64,000 nt of DNA, from assembly GCA_963713705.1 (NCBI GenBank), contig CAVQMY010000027.1, forward strand, positions 89,669 through 153,668, written 5' to 3'. Positions 1-9,767 of the stretch are shown here, piece by piece. Each line of letters starts with the position of its first letter. The stretch's first letter is position 1. The DNA is from an uncultured Verrucomicrobiae bacterium (GTDB lineage Bacteria; Verrucomicrobiota; Verrucomicrobiia; Palsa-1439). The position numbers and the translations under genes were made by a program. Below the pieces are notes generated by a model. It ran no database searches and had not been told where the DNA came from. It saw only the letters and a list, made by a program, of their open reading frames with translations.

Positions 1-3000
1 GCGGCGAGGTTCAGCGCGTCAATCTCACCACCGCGCTCGGGACCTCCCTCGTCAACACGCTCTACGTCCTCGACGAACCCAGCATCGGCCTGCACCCGCG
101 CGACATCAACCGCCTCATCGGCATCCTGCACCGGCTCCGCGACGCCGGGAACACCTTGCTTGTCGTCGAGCACGATCCCGATGTCATTCGCGCCGCCGAC
201 CGCATCCTCGATCTCGGCCCCGGCCCCGGCGAGCGCGGCGGCGAAATCGTGTTCTTCGGGAAGCAGCAGCAATTGCTCGGGGCGAAGGGCTCTCTGACGG
301 CGCAATATCTCCGCGGAGAAAAGTCCGTGATGGGGACGGCTCCCCGAATTGTCCCTCCGGGAAAAGCCACATCGCTCAAGATTCTCGGCGCCCGCGAGCA
401 CAACCTGAAGAACATTGATGTCGAGATACCGTTGAACCGTCTGGTCTGCGTCACCGGCGTCAGCGGCTCGGGGAAATCCACGCTGATTCAGGATGTTCTC
501 TACAACGCGTTGTGCAAACTAAAACACAAACCCGACGAGCCCGCCGGCCGTCATCGCGCCATTGTCGGCCACGAGAAGATCGAAGACGTGGTGATGGTGA
601 ACCAATCGCCCATTGGCCGCACCACGCGGTCGAATCCCGCCAGCTACGTCGGCGCGTTCGACACGATCCGAAAGCTCTTCGCCGCCGAGTCGCTCGCGAA
701 GGAGCGCAGTTATACCGCCGGCACGTTCAGCTTCAATTCCGGCGAAGGACGCTGTCCGACCTGCGGCGGGAACGGGTTCGAGCACGTGGAAATGCAGTTC
801 CTTAGCGATGTCTATTTGCGCTGCCCGGATTGCGATGGAAAGCGCTATCGCCCGGAGGTGCTGGAAGTCAGGATCAAAGGGAAATCCATCGCGGACGTTC
901 TCGACATGACGGCCAACGAAGCCTGCGAATTCTTCGCCACGCACCCCGAAGTCCTGCGCGCGCTGGAGCCGTTGCGCGCTGTCGGTCTCGGCTACATGAA
1001 ACTCGGCCAGCCCGTTCCCACCCTGAGCGGCGGCGAAGCGCAACGCTTGAAGCTCGCCGGCCATCTCGTGCAAACCACCAACAAACGCACGCTGTTCCTG
1101 TTCGACGAGCCGACCACGGGCCTCCACTTCGACGACATCGCCACGCTGCTGCACGCGTTCAGCCAACTCATCGAGCGCGGCCATTCCATCGTTGTGATTG
1201 AACACAATCTGGATGTTATTCGCGCAGCGGATTGGATCATCGATCTCGGGCCCGAAGGCGGCGATGCCGGCGGTGAAATCATGTGCGTGGGCACGCCAGC
1301 CGACGTGGCGAAATGCGAACGCGGCCACACGGGCGCCGCGTTGCGAGGACCGTCGGCACTCTTGAAAGTCGCCGAATCTCCCGCACCGTTGTATGCGACG
1401 GGCCCAAATCATTCGATTCGCATCCACAACGCGCGCGAGCACAACCTCAAAAGCATCGACGTCAATGTTCCCCGCGACAAGTTCACCGTCATTACCGGTA
1501 TCAGCGGCAGCGGCAAAAGCACGCTGGCATTCGACATCCTGTTCGCCGAAGGCCAGCGCCGCTACCTCGAATCGCTGAACGCCTACGCGCGCCAGTTCGT
1601 TCAACCGGCGTCACGTCCCGACGTGGACGCGATCTTCGGGATTCCCCCGACCGTCGCCATCGAACAGCGCACCAGCCGCGGTGGCCGCAAGAGCACGGTC
1701 GCGACCGTGACGGAGATCTATCATTTCCTGCGTCTGCTGTTCGTGAAACTCGGCACGCAATACTGTCCCGATTGCAACATTCCGATCCAGCCGCAGACCC
1801 GCGAGGTGATCCTCGCGAAATTGATGAAGGATTATCGCGGCCAGCGCATCGAACTGCTCGCGCCGTTAATCGTGGCCCGTAAAGGTTATTACACCGATCT
1901 CGCCGCATGGGCGTTGCGAAAGGGGTTCGCCCTGTTGCGTGTCGACGGTGAATTCCTCCCGACCGCCAACTGGCCGCGGCTCGACCGATTCAAGGAGCAC
2001 AATATCGAGTTACCCGTCGGCGGACGCGAAGTATCGCCGAAACACGAAAACTTGCTCGGTGAACTTCTCGATGCCGCGTTGGAGTACGGGAAGGGTCTGG
2101 TCATCGTCTCGTCGCCCCGCAAGGTGGGAGAGACATTTTTTTCCACACGCCGCGCCTGTCCGAAATGCAGCCGCAGTTTCGAGGAACTCGACCCACGTCT
2201 GTTCTCGTTCAACTCGAAACACGGTTGGTGCCCGAAATGCTTTGGGACGGGCTTGCAATTCCTTGGCTTCAACGAAGAGCACACCGGCGAGGAAATCTGG
2301 TGGAACGAGTGGTTCGAGGGACAGGAACGCCCCTGCCCCGCCTGCCACGGTCAGCGTCTGCGACCCGAGGCCCTGGCGGTGAAGTTCCAGGACATGAACA
2401 TCACGAAGATGACCGCGTGGTCGGTTACCGATGCCGAGCGGCATTTCCGCGACTCGACGCTGCGTGGACGCGACGCGGACATCGCGCGCGACATCGTCGC
2501 CGAACTGCAGTCGCGCCTGCGGTTCCTCGACAAAGTCGGCTTGTCGTATCTTTCGCTCGACCGTGCCGCGCCGACGTTGAGCGGCGGCGAAGCGCAACGC
2601 ATCCGGCTCGCGTCGCAGCTCGGTTCCAATCTACGGGGCGTCTGTTACATCCTCGACGAACCGACCATCGGCCTGCATCCGCGCGACAACCTGATGTTGC
2701 TCGATACGTTGCACGAACTCGAAGCCAAGGGGAATACTGTGGTCGTGGTCGAGCACGATGAAGACACCATTCGTCGCGCCGAGCACATCATCGACCTCGG
2801 TCCCGGCGCCGGTTCCAATGGCGGGTGGCTCGTGGCCGAGGGCACGATCAAAGATATCGTGCGATGCGAAGAATCGTTGACCGGCAAACTGCTGCGCGAA
2901 CCGTTGCGGCATCCGCTGCATAAAACTCGGCGCAAAACCGCCAGCAATTCCGTGGAAATTGTCGGCGCCACTCTCCACAATTTGAAGAACGTCACCGTGA

Positions 3001-3992
3001 AGATCCCGCTGCAACGACTGGTCTGTGTGTCGGGCGTGAGCGGCAGCGGAAAAAGCACGCTCGTTCGGAACGTGTTGCATGAGAACCTGAAAGTTCTTGT
3101 GGGGAAATCGTATGCAAAGGGACGTCCGCACAACCAATTGAGAGGCTGCGAGCAGATTCACGGCGTGGAACACGTCGCGCGCGTCCTGGAAGTCGATCAG
3201 ACGCCCATCGGCAAAACGCCGCGCTCGTGTCCGGCGACGTACGTGGGATTCTGGGATGAGATCCGCAAGCTGTTCGCCAACACGACGGAAGCCAAGATGC
3301 GCGGATACCTGCCGCCCCGGTTTTCCTTCAACGTCGCCAGCGGTCGCTGCCCGGAATGCGAAGGCCAGGGGCGAAAAAAGATCGAGATGAGCTTTTTGCC
3401 GGACGTGTTCGTCACCTGCGACGCATGTCGCGGGAAGCGGTTCACGCCGGAGACGCTGGATGTCCGATACAAAGACAAATCCATCGGTGACGTGTTGGCG
3501 ATGAGCGTTGATGAAGCCGTGGAGTTCTTCGCGGCGCACCGTCAAATCCATCACGGCTTGAAGCTGTTGCAGGAGGTCGGCCTCGGTTACCTCACGCTCG
3601 GCCAGCAAAGTCCGACGCTCAGCGGCGGCGAAGCCCAACGCATCAAGCTCGTCACGGAATTGGCGAAAGCGAAAGGTGAGGAATCGGATGTCGCGAGACT
3701 GAAATCGGGTGCGTTGTACGTCCTCGACGAACCGACCATCGGCCTGCACATGGCGGATGTGGAGAAGTTGATTCGCGTGCTCCATCGCCTCGTCGATGCC
3801 GGCAACACCGTCATCATCATCGAGCACAACCTCGACATCATCGCCGAAGCCGACTGGATCATCGATCTCGGCCCCGAAGGCGGCGATGCCGGCGGCCACA
3901 TCGTCGCCCAAGGCACCCCGGAACAGGTCATCAAGGAAAAGTCACATACGGCGAAGTTTTTGGGTGAGTTTCTGAAGGAGCGGCGGCGGTGA
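1..3992 (+). CDS. uvrA: Excinuclease ABC subunit A, tandem double-length form (5' end outside window)
   Basis: Frame 3 is open from base 3 (GEVQRVNLTTALGTSLVNTLYVLDEPSIGLHPRD). It has three GxSGSGKST Walker A motifs, three further LSGGEAQR signatures and CxxC zinc fingers, i.e. four ABC domains. Confidence 0.95.
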   Translation, partial: GEVQRVNLTTALGTSLVNTLYVLDEPSIGLHPRDINRLIGILHRLRDAGNTLLVVEHDPDVIRAADRILDLGPGPGERGGEIVFFGKQQQLLGAKGSLTAQYLRGEKSVMGTAPRIVPPGKATSLKILGAREHNLKNIDVEIPLNRLVCVTGVSGSGKSTLIQDVLYNALCKLKHKPDEPAGRHRAIVGHEKIEDVVMVNQSPIGRTTRSNPASYVGAFDTIRKLFAAESLAKERSYTAGTFSFNSGEGRCPTCGGNGFEHVEMQFLSDVYLRCPDCDGKRYRPEVLEVRIKGKSIADVLDMTANEACEFFATHPEVLRALEPLRAVGLGYMKLGQPVPTLSGGEAQRLKLAGHLVQTTNKRTLFLFDEPTTGLHFDDIATLLHAFSQLIERGHSIVVIEHNLDVIRAADWIIDLGPEGGDAGGEIMCVGTPADVAKCERGHTGAALRGPSALLKVAESPAPLYATGPNHSIRIHNAREHNLKSIDVNVPRDKFTVITGISGSGKSTLAFDILFAEGQRRYLESLNAYARQFVQPASRPDVDAIFGIPPTVAIEQRTSRGGRKSTVATVTEIYHFLRLLFVKLGTQYCPDCNIPIQPQTREVILAKLMKDYRGQRIELLAPLIVARKGYYTDLAAWALRKGFALLRVDGEFLPTANWPRLDRFKEHNIELPVGGREVSPKHENLLGELLDAALEYGKGLVIVSSPRKVGETFFSTRRACPKCSRSFEELDPRLFSFNSKHGWCPKCFGTGLQFLGFNEEHTGEEIWWNEWFEGQERPCPACHGQRLRPEALAVKFQDMNITKMTAWSVTDAERHFRDSTLRGRDADIARDIVAELQSRLRFLDKVGLSYLSLDRAAPTLSGGEAQRIRLASQLGSNLRGVCYILDEPTIGLHPRDNLMLLDTLHELEAKGNTVVVVEHDEDTIRRAEHIIDLGPGAGSNGGWLVAEGTIKDIVRCEESLTGKLLREPLRHPLHKTRRKTASNSVEIVGATLHNLKNVTVKIPLQRLVCVSGVSGSGKSTLVRNVLHENLKVLVGKSYAKGRPHNQLRGCEQIHGVEHVARVLEVDQTPIGKTPRSCPATYVGFWDEIRKLFANTTEAKMRGYLPPRFSFNVASGRCPECEGQGRKKIEMSFLPDVFVTCDACRGKRFTPETLDVRYKDKSIGDVLAMSVDEAVEFFAAHRQIHHGLKLLQEVGLGYLTLGQQSPTLSGGEAQRIKLVTELAKAKGEESDVARLKSGALYVLDEPTIGLHMADVEKLIRVLHRLVDAGNTVIIIEHNLDIIAEADWIIDLGPEGGDAGGHIVAQGTPEQVIKEKSHTAKFLGEFLKERRR

Positions 3993-4025
3993 GCGAGGGC
4001 GACCTGAGCAAAAAGAGAAGCAGTC

Positions 4026-4796
4026 TTAGGGGAGCACCCCAATGGACCTTGATACTTTCAGCTCTGTCTCGATTAAGTGTTCAGCAATCTCTTTTACGAT
4101 GTACAAGTCCTCGGAGAGGCGCCGTAGGTCGGAGACGTTGTCTGGGTCAATGATCGGATCGGCATAAGCATGAGCGATCGCGCAGCGGCCGGACTCATAG
4201 AGGTATTTCGGGACGTCAAGCCCGTCGGCGCCTAGGGCACGGAGCCGTCTCACCGCCATCTCGTCCTTGAGTTTCGGCAGCGTTGCCCTGATTCCCTCGA
4301 TAATGGGGTTCTGACGCTGATCGTTAATGGTTTCGAACTTGTCCTTCCAGAAGATGTTCAAGATCTTGAAGTAGCTGAGGAACCCAAATGGTGTGCTGTT
4401 GACCGTTCGTGCCTCTCGGAACAGGGCCAGTGCAAGGCGAGCCTTCTCATCCGGTTCGAGTTGTCGGTTGAAGGGAAAAGCGATCGAGGATCCCACAACT
4501 CGCGATTCCCTCGGAACTGGCACAGGAACCGGATTGCCCGACCAACCGTAACGATTCTCCATTGGCTGATCGTCGCACCAAGAAAGGACGCTCAAGAATT
4601 GGTTGATGAGGGTAAGGGCATCGACATTGGAAATGCCTCGCAGGTTGACGTGGACCGACTGTTCGGTCTCGCGTGTCGCAGGCTTCAAAACAAGGTTGTG
4701 CCCCCCGAATTCAACAGTTGTTTCTTCTGTCGGCCAGACCGCGCTGCCTTTGACACCGACATGCAGCCATTGATCCATGACCCTAACGTTTGACAT
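4026..4796 (-). CDS. MauJ-like / HEPN-motif hypothetical protein
   Basis: 256-aa ORF convergent with uvrA. It has ALALFREA...FLSYFKILN and C-terminal YLYESGRCAIAH (Rx4H). The family call is from recalled similarity; the start could be 4778. Confidence 0.55.
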   Translation of the reverse strand: MSNVRVMDQWLHVGVKGSAVWPTEETTVEFGGHNLVLKPATRETEQSVHVNLRGISNVDALTLINQFLSVLSWCDDQPMENRYGWSGNPVPVPVPRESRVVGSSIAFPFNRQLEPDEKARLALALFREARTVNSTPFGFLSYFKILNIFWKDKFETINDQRQNPIIEGIRATLPKLKDEMAVRRLRALGADGLDVPKYLYESGRCAIAHAYADPIIDPDNVSDLRRLSEDLYIVKEIAEHLIETELKVSRSIGVLP

Positions 4797-5029
4797 GAGC
4801 GGCAGACCACGTTGCTGGTGGCTCTGGATTTATGTAGTCTCTATAAACCGTCTGACGGCCCGGCGTCAAGCGGACCATTGACGCGATGATGGCCGTCTGA
4901 TCTGCCCGTCCCCCCTATTACCCAGCCGCCATTGCGGCCGGGCTAACGTGCGAGACGCCCGCGCTACTGCTGTCTTGACCGCGTACCTGGCGGTTCATAT
5001 CCTCCCGACATGAAACGTCACGGTTTCGC

Positions 5030-6295
5030 GTGCGTTTTTTGCGCGCTATCTGTGCCTGCGCTCCCGCACCCATGCGAGGAGCAAACGACGTGAAAAAGAC
5101 GGAATGCCACGTGCGCACCGTGAATACACGATCACCTCGGGCAGCCTGCCCGCGTTCAATCGCCGCCGTCAGTCTCTCGGTTTTCCTGACAGCCGTGTGG
5201 TTGTCGATGCTCCCAATCACCCCGGCGCAAACGGGGACTGACATTAGCAGCGCAGCGGGAACAGTTGTGCCCAATCAGCCAGTTGCGTCACCTGCCACTT
5301 CACAAACCGGAACCAATGGGATTACCCTTGATCGCTTGGAGCAACAAGAGGCGGCTTACTCCATGTCAGTGGATCAACTCAAGAAAAGGGCTGAGGCTGG
5401 CGATGCAGTAGCGCAGTTCACATTGGGCGGACGCTATCACAAAGGCGATGGCGTCCCGCAAGATTCCGCCGAAGCTATGAAGTGGTCTCGCAAAGCTGCT
5501 GAGCAGGGAGATGCTTACGGGCAGTTCGCGTTAGGCGCGTGCTACTATGATGGCGTAGGGGTGCCCCAAGACTACACCGAGGCCGTGAAGTGGTTCCGCA
5601 AGTCCGCCGAGCAGGGATACGCTCGTGCGCAGGCCCTATTGGGCGCTTCCTACTCCAAGGGTCTCGGCGTGTCGCAAAATGACGCTGAGGCCGTGAAGTG
5701 GTATCGGAAGGCCGCCGAGCAGGGATATATGAACGCACAAGGTATATTAGGCGCTTGCTACAGACATGGGCTGGGCGTATCGAAAAATTACGTTGAGGCC
5801 GCGAAGTGGTATCGCAAGGCCGCCGAGCAGGGGGATGCGAATGCACAGGCAGCAATGGGAGATGTTTACCGCTTTGGCTACGGTGTGTCACGCGACTACG
5901 CTGAAGCTGTGGGCTGGTATCGCAAGGCGGCGGATCAAGGTGACGCATCAGGCCAATGTGGTCTGGGGACGTGTTACTTTGCGGGCGACGGCGTGATTCA
6001 AGACGAGAGGGAGGCTGTCAAATGGTTCAGCAAAGCGGCTGAGCAGGGCCATAGTGAAGCGCAATGGAAACTAGGGGGCTGTTACGAGCTTGGCACTGGA
6101 GTCCCGAAGGATTACGTTCGGGCGTACAAGTGGCTGAATCTTGCGGCAGTCCAAGGCAACGAACACTTCACCAAGGATCGTGATTCCATTGTGGGTCAGA
6201 TGACGCCCGAACAAATCTCGGAAGGCCAGCGGCTATCTTCTCAGTTTGTCGCGCAACACGAGGGAGCTAAAGCGCCTAGCCAACCCGACAAATGA
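5030..6295 (+). CDS. Sel1-like repeat protein (7 repeats), probably exported; start uncertain
   Basis: Seven 36-aa AQxxLGxxYxxGxGVxxDxxEAxKWxxKAAEQG repeats follow a hydrophobic segment. Confidence 0.9.
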   Translation: MRFLRAICACAPAPMRGANDVKKTECHVRTVNTRSPRAACPRSIAAVSLSVFLTAVWLSMLPITPAQTGTDISSAAGTVVPNQPVASPATSQTGTNGITLDRLEQQEAAYSMSVDQLKKRAEAGDAVAQFTLGGRYHKGDGVPQDSAEAMKWSRKAAEQGDAYGQFALGACYYDGVGVPQDYTEAVKWFRKSAEQGYARAQALLGASYSKGLGVSQNDAEAVKWYRKAAEQGYMNAQGILGACYRHGLGVSKNYVEAAKWYRKAAEQGDANAQAAMGDVYRFGYGVSRDYAEAVGWYRKAADQGDASGQCGLGTCYFAGDGVIQDEREAVKWFSKAAEQGHSEAQWKLGGCYELGTGVPKDYVRAYKWLNLAAVQGNEHFTKDRDSIVGQMTPEQISEGQRLSSQFVAQHEGAKAPSQPDK

Positions 6296-6409
6296 AACCG
6301 ATGCGAACCAAGGTCAAGCCGCGACCGTCGCACAAGAGGCTGGCTGATTCTCTGTCAAGTAAAGGCCCTCGCCGGATCCGCCGCGGCGGACGAGGCTAGC
6401 AATGACGGG

Positions 6410-7054
6410 TCAGGAAAGTAGCAATTTTCTCACGTCCTCATAATTCCGCGCGACGTGGTCGGCGCGGGAGAGTTTTTCGGGCGGGAGACTGGTGGTGAGT
6501 CCGATGCAGGTCATGCCGGCCATTTTGGCGGCCTGGACGCCGTGGGTGCTGTCCTCGATGACGCAACAGGTCGAGGGTCGAACGCCCAGTTTTCGGGCGG
6601 TGGTGAAGTAGACCTCGGGATCGGGTTTTGGGAAACGGACATCTTCACGGGCGACGATGAGGGTGAAGTGCGGACCGAGCCCGGAAATCTCCATGACGAC
6701 ATCGGCCACGTGATGGTCTGAACTGGTAGCGATGGCGAGCTTGTAGCGCTTGGCGAGTTCGGGAACCAGCGCGTGCAATTCCTGGAACACCGGCCGGCGT
6801 TCGCGGAGGTAACTGAGAAAGTATTTCAGCTTGCGGGCGGAAAGATCCTCGAGTTCATTCGGCAGCTTGTGTTTGTCGATGAAGTCGCGCAGCAACGCCC
6901 CATCGGACCGCCCGTAGTAATCCTGAAACACAATCCCGTGATCGTGTTTCTTGCCGAGTTCCTCGAATAGCGTCTCGAAGGCTTTCTGGTGGAGCGGCTC
7001 GCTGTCGACGATCACGCCGTCCATGTCGAAGATGATGGCGGAGAACTTCTTCAC
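6410..7054 (-). CDS. HAD family phosphatase (beta-phosphoglucomutase-like)
   Basis: IIFDMDGV motif I, KPDP and VIEDS motifs. The GTG start overlaps the upstream stop (GTGA). Confidence 0.9.
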   Translation of the reverse strand: MKKFSAIIFDMDGVIVDSEPLHQKAFETLFEELGKKHDHGIVFQDYYGRSDGALLRDFIDKHKLPNELEDLSARKLKYFLSYLRERRPVFQELHALVPELAKRYKLAIATSSDHHVADVVMEISGLGPHFTLIVAREDVRFPKPDPEVYFTTARKLGVRPSTCCVIEDSTHGVQAAKMAGMTCIGLTTSLPPEKLSRADHVARNYEDVRKLLLS

Positions 7055-7434
7055 CCGCGAAACACCCGCACCTGGAGCGAGTCGGGACGCAGAAACCAGC
7101 TCAGCAGGAGGCTGATGATGCTGATCACCAGCGCACCGCCCATCGCGGTCCAAAACGTATCGATGTGGAACGACGGAATCAGCCAGCTCACGAGTTCCAA
7201 CATTGCGGCGTTAATGACCACCGTGAACAACCCTAGAGACAGGATGTTGATCGGCAGCGTCAGGATCACCACCAGCGGGCGCAGATAGGTGTTGATCAAT
7301 GCCAGCACGAGGGACGTAGCGATCAAGGTCTGGTTGTTATCGAGCCGGATGCCCTTGAAGATGGATGTGGCGACCAGCAGCGCGAGCGCGTTGATGCCGA
7401 GTTTGGTGAGGAGAATGAGAAGCCGGTAGAGCAT
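7051..7434 (-). CDS. 4-TM phage-holin-family / YvlD-like membrane protein
   Basis: LINTYLRPLVVILTLPINILSLGLFTVVINAAML is typical of this family. Confidence 0.8.
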   Translation of the reverse strand: MLYRLLILLTKLGINALALLVATSIFKGIRLDNNQTLIATSLVLALINTYLRPLVVILTLPINILSLGLFTVVINAAMLELVSWLIPSFHIDTFWTAMGGALVISIISLLLSWFLRPDSLQVRVFRG

Positions 7435-7452
7435 GGCAGCACGGGCGGTAAA

Positions 7453-7989
7453 TCACAGCTTCCACTTGATCGTGCAGCCGATGGCGTGGGTGACCGGGTT
7501 GGCGACCTTCTTGCGGGCGAGCACGGCATTGATGGCGGCGCGCAGGTCGTGGGAATGCGCTTTGTCGGGATGCTGCCAGTTGTCGTCGACGCGGCCGATG
7601 TAGCGCACTTCCTGTTTGGCGTTGAGCACAAAGGCCTCGGGGGTGTATTCCGCGCCGTAGGAACGCGCCACCCGCTGGCTCTCGTCGCGCAAGTAGGGGA
7701 AATTGAATTGTTTCTTTTTCGAACGACGGACCATGTTGTCAAAACTGTCCTCGGGATAGCCGGCTTCGTCGTTGGCATTGATGGCGACCAGTTGCACGCC
7801 CTTGGCGGCGTAGTCGCGCTGAATGCTGATCAACCGATCCTCGTAGGCCTGCGCGTAGGGACAATGGTTGCAGGTGAACACCACGACCACGACTTTTTTG
7901 TCTTCGAATGAATTCAGGGAGTAGTCCTTGCCGTCCACTCCCGGAAGAGAGAAATCCGGTGCGCGCAGGCCGATCTCGATTTTCTTCAT
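7453..7989 (-). CDS. Thioredoxin-fold redoxin (AhpC/TSA family)
   Basis: APDFSLPG, FTCNHCPY (CxxC), YxGRVDD and a GCTIKW C-terminus. Confidence 0.9.
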   Translation of the reverse strand: MKKIEIGLRAPDFSLPGVDGKDYSLNSFEDKKVVVVVFTCNHCPYAQAYEDRLISIQRDYAAKGVQLVAINANDEAGYPEDSFDNMVRRSKKKQFNFPYLRDESQRVARSYGAEYTPEAFVLNAKQEVRYIGRVDDNWQHPDKAHSHDLRAAINAVLARKKVANPVTHAIGCTIKWKL

Positions 7990-8205
7990 CGTCTCACCAG
8001 ATCCCCCGTGTCCCACCCGTTGTTCCGTCGTTGAGCGACCATGACACCCCAAAGCCTATGCAGCGGGCCCGCAAAGGTCAAGGCCTTGTTCACAAGGCCA
8101 TGAAAGTGGTTGAGCGAGGCTTCCCTTTCTGTTAGACACAACACGCATGTGTGAAAGCACGACGGCGTCACGATTGAGCTGATTGTCGATTTCACCGAGA
8201 ATCGA

Positions 8206-9321
8206 TTGGATATGGAACGACTTCCACAACGCGCCGCGCGCCTGTTGCGCGCCAAAGCGCACACGATTGCGACGAAACGTCTCACCATCGGCCTTGATGG
8301 GTTTGTGGACGAGATCGTCAGCGTCGTTGACAAACGCGCGTCCGCGGAAAAATTCACGCGGGTGCCGACGCTCACCGCGTTCGGGGCGCGGATCAGCGCC
8401 GCGGCCGGCAGGAGCACGAACGCCGAGCTGGTCGTCGAACGCGTCAAACTGGGCGGCAACGGTCCGATCATGGCCAACGCCCTGGCCGCGCTCGGCGCCC
8501 AGATCACCTACATCGGCAATCTGGGGTATCCGAACCTCGACCCCGTTTTTTCCGAATTTGCCAAACGCGCCGTGGTGTACAGCGTTGCCGAGCCCGGGCG
8601 CACCGACGCGCTGGAATTCGACGATGGCAAGATTATGATGGGCAAACACGCGTCGCTGGGCGACGTGACCTGGGAAAATCTCGTGGAGCGGATCGGCCAC
8701 AAGACGCTGGCGGACTGTTTCGTGAACGCCAGTCTGGTTGGACTCCAGAACTGGACGATGTTGCCACACATGAGCGACATCTGGGAGCACGTGCTGACCG
8801 AGATCTGCCCGAACATGCCCGCGCAGCCGCGGCACACGTTTTTCTTCGACCTGGCGGACCCCGAGAAGCGCGCAGCGGGAGACATTCGGCACGCCCTCGA
8901 ATTGATCGGCAGGTTCCAGAAGCATTTCGACGTGTACCTCGGCCTGAACGAGAAGGAATCGTTCGAGATCGGCGCGGTGCTCGGCTACCCGGGTAAGCAC
9001 GACGGCGAATCGGCGATCAAGACGCTGGCGAAGTTTATCCACGACAAGATCAAGACTTCGGGCGTCATGATTCATCCACGCGCCTACGCCGTCGCCGCGT
9101 CCGCGGACGGCGTGGTCACGGCGAGCGGTCCATTTATCGAGAAGCCGCTGATCAGCACCGGCGCGGGCGATCACTTCAACGCGGGCTTCTGCCTTGGCAA
9201 ACTGATCGGCGCGGACAACGAGATTTCACTCGAGATCGGTGTGGGTACGTCTGGCTATTACGTGCGCACAGCCACGAGCCCCAACGCCATGGAACTGGCA
9301 GACTTCCTGCATTCACTATAA
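8206..9321 (+). CDS. PfkB/ribokinase-family carbohydrate kinase-like protein
   Basis: C-terminal STGAGDHFNAGF PfkB signature; N-terminal IGLDGFVDEI. Confidence 0.75.
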   Translation: MDMERLPQRAARLLRAKAHTIATKRLTIGLDGFVDEIVSVVDKRASAEKFTRVPTLTAFGARISAAAGRSTNAELVVERVKLGGNGPIMANALAALGAQITYIGNLGYPNLDPVFSEFAKRAVVYSVAEPGRTDALEFDDGKIMMGKHASLGDVTWENLVERIGHKTLADCFVNASLVGLQNWTMLPHMSDIWEHVLTEICPNMPAQPRHTFFFDLADPEKRAAGDIRHALELIGRFQKHFDVYLGLNEKESFEIGAVLGYPGKHDGESAIKTLAKFIHDKIKTSGVMIHPRAYAVAASADGVVTASGPFIEKPLISTGAGDHFNAGFCLGKLIGADNEISLEIGVGTSGYYVRTATSPNAMELADFLHSL

Positions 9322-9323
9322 CC

Positions 9324-9641
9324 ATGCTCAAGTTGCTCACTGACAACAAGGATGTCTACGGATTGGTCTTGGTCCTTGGTGTGACGTTCGTCGCGAACGT
9401 CCTGTGGCACTGGATCCTCATTTGTCCATCTCTCTACCGTCGCGGCGCGCGTTTTCCGACGGGCTTATTGTTCTGGCGTGTGTTCGCCGAATTGCGCCGC
9501 TACAAGGAAATCATGACGGCCGCCGCCATGCCGATAACGGCCTACTATTTCGACTTTATCCTCACGTGGTTCAATCTGCTGCTCGCCTTCGGGACGGCCC
9601 TGCGGTTGCTGTGGGTACAGTCGCATCCGCTCGGGTATTAA
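9324..9641 (+). CDS. Small hypothetical membrane protein
   Basis: 105-aa ORF with 2-3 hydrophobic segments, 2 bp downstream of the kinase stop. Confidence 0.6.
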   Translation: MLKLLTDNKDVYGLVLVLGVTFVANVLWHWILICPSLYRRGARFPTGLLFWRVFAELRRYKEIMTAAAMPITAYYFDFILTWFNLLLAFGTALRLLWVQSHPLGY

Positions 9642-9767
9642 CGTCCATATCATCCGCGACCGCGAATGGCCCCGGCGGTCCGCCGCCTGCGTTGGCAACA
9701 CGACTCCCGCAGAATCGGATTGGGTCTTGCGACTTGCGAGCGCCGTCTGCTATTTTGCGCACACACC

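Noticed and set aside
519-3911. Long antisense ORFs opposite uvrA (and similar ones opposite der, the kinase, amt, the S55 gene and the histidine kinase)
   Set aside because: These are typical shadow ORFs of GC-rich coding DNA with no recognisable motifs.
7051-7434. Holin as evidence of a prophage
   Set aside because: The family is common in chromosomes, it sits in a housekeeping operon, and no phage genes are nearby.
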